A stretch of 64,000 bases of DNA from Diadema antillarum (Eukaryota): positions 496,001 through 560,000 of the forward strand of contig NW_027270999.1 of NCBI RefSeq assembly GCF_040938485.1, given 5' to 3'. Numbering within the stretch: position 1 is the stretch's first letter; every line of letters starts with the position of its first letter. The translations under genes were made by a program, and so were the position numbers. The notes beneath the pieces are model-generated. The model was given only the letters and a program-made list of their open reading frames with translations. It made no database searches and was not told the DNA's origin. Positions 62,736 through 64,000 of the stretch are shown here, piece by piece.

Positions 62736-63238
62736 TATTGTTGAACATACATTATGATTGGCTCCCGGTCGCAAATCATACATTTATCACTTGTCTGTGA
62801 ACGAAAGTCATACAGCTATTCTCCTCACGGCCAAAATAATTGTAAGGAAAATGTAGATAATTTCGGGAGGTCCTCAAATTAACCTGTCGTAGTCAAATCG
62901 AGTGTTTAACATGTGTGCTGCACAATTAGCAATAAAACCGTGAACAGAAGCGAGAATTTTCAGCTGATGTGAAGGGATACGACAAAGGAGTTTTAATGCT
63001 GTCATGTAGAGGGATGATTATTCCCTCTGGATCACGTGTAAGCTGCAAAATTCCAAAGTGAAGTAGCAGCTGCCTTTCGGTGATGATTTATGTCATTATA
63101 ATTATACTCTGCACAAATTAGTGGTCCTTATTTTAATACAGTCGTATCTAAAGTAATCAGTCATCGTGATCATAACACCAACACTAAGATGACATTAGAC
63201 GTATTCATAGAAAGAGCAGGACCATTTATTGTTTCATC

Positions 63239-64000
63239 CTATGGAAGTAGCTCTTTGATGACTTCCGGAACGTCGTAACCAAAAATCTTCATGTCCGTCA
63301 CAATACCGCCATCAACGACCAGTTTCTGCAGAAGATCGACAGGAAGCTGAGAGTAGTACTCATGGAGCTCTGCTGGTTTTGAGCTGTTTGTTTTCTTCTG
63401 TAGACGGGGCAGCTGCATTGAGACGTTTATCGATCTTAAGAAGTGTGTGGTTTCCTCTTCTGAGGTCTCAAACGCACCAATAAAGTCGTAGTGAAGCAAG
63501 CAAGGAGAGCATAGTTTATGCATTTCCCGCCAGTGTTCATCCTTTTCCTGGGAAGACAGATAAAATTTTACAAACTGTGTGAATGTGAAGTTTTTAAACT
63601 TCGCGTTGTAGGTAGCTGCAACGACAGGATCTGACTTTTGTAGCCACGCTAGTAGCAACCACCGCCAATGACAGTTATTGTCCATGGTGATCTTGTCACG
63701 ATAGGCAGATAGCAGTCTAGAGAAAGGGTTCCGCGCAAACATGAAGCTGCGATGCGTCCTGAAGAGCGCCCTCACTCCTTCACTATCAAAAGTTGAGAGG
63801 CTCCGGAAAGCGGTCCTCACTGCTTTATGAGAATCCCCAGTTGCGTCCAGCCCTTCCATTTGGAGGAGAAGTGATTTCCAACTGGTGCAGCCCACTTTAG
63901 GCACATAGCAGTAGATGAGTTTGGATTTGGGTACTGCAAGCACAGTTTGTAGGCTGGAGAGCTGGCTTGGACTCAATAGGTCTCTTTTTGGAATGAATGT
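63239..64000 (-). CDS. Carbohydrate sulfotransferase (Sulfotransfer_2; CHST8-14/HNK-1ST family), 5'-partial
   Basis: Frame open from the window edge (TFIPKRDL...) to TAG at 63239-63241. 5'-PSB YCYVPKVGCTSWK, 3'-PB FARNPFSRLLSAYRDK, and HW...LCSPCLLHYDFIG. Confidence 0.92.
   Translation of the reverse strand, partial: TFIPKRDLLSPSQLSSLQTVLAVPKSKLIYCYVPKVGCTSWKSLLLQMEGLDATGDSHKAVRTAFRSLSTFDSEGVRALFRTHRSFMFARNPFSRLLSAYRDKITMDNNCHWRWLLLAWLQKSDPVVAATYNAKFKNFTFTQFVKFYLSSQEKDEHWREMHKLCSPCLLHYDFIGAFETSEEETTHFLRSINVSMQLPRLQKKTNSSKPAELHEYYSQLPVDLLQKLVVDGGIVTDMKIFGYDVPEVIKELLP

Overview
Eukaryotic genomic DNA: AT-rich, spliceosomal introns, two N gaps. It is most likely an echinoderm, probably a sea urchin; this is inferred from the BMP1 prodomain and repeat families and is not proven. 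The main feature is a minus-strand BMP1/tolloid metalloprotease gene. I reconstructed 18 phase-consistent coding exons (34827 down to 8961; 2807 nt) encoding prodomain, astacin domain and CUB-CUB-EGF-CUB-EGF-CUB-CUB; the signal-peptide exon was not found. A convergent plus-strand terminal exon of an MFS/SLC16-like transporter lies at 903-1234. A minus-strand CHST/HNK-1ST-family sulfotransferase runs off the right edge. The rest is repeat-rich: a decayed ~3.9 kb L2-type LINE, a Crack-type LINE 3' end, a TTAA piggyBac-type MITE, palindromic TTAA MITEs, a Helentron-associated HINE, a Harbinger-like MITE, tRNA-derived SINEs, a foldback-like element and a 1.7 kb tandem duplication. The best leads are a candidate 24-nt symmetric microexon between CUB4 and CUB5, a degenerate 2A-like (StopGo) motif in the LINE N-terminus, and a near-perfect 365-bp intronic palindrome. 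No clearly novel biological system could be established from sequence alone.
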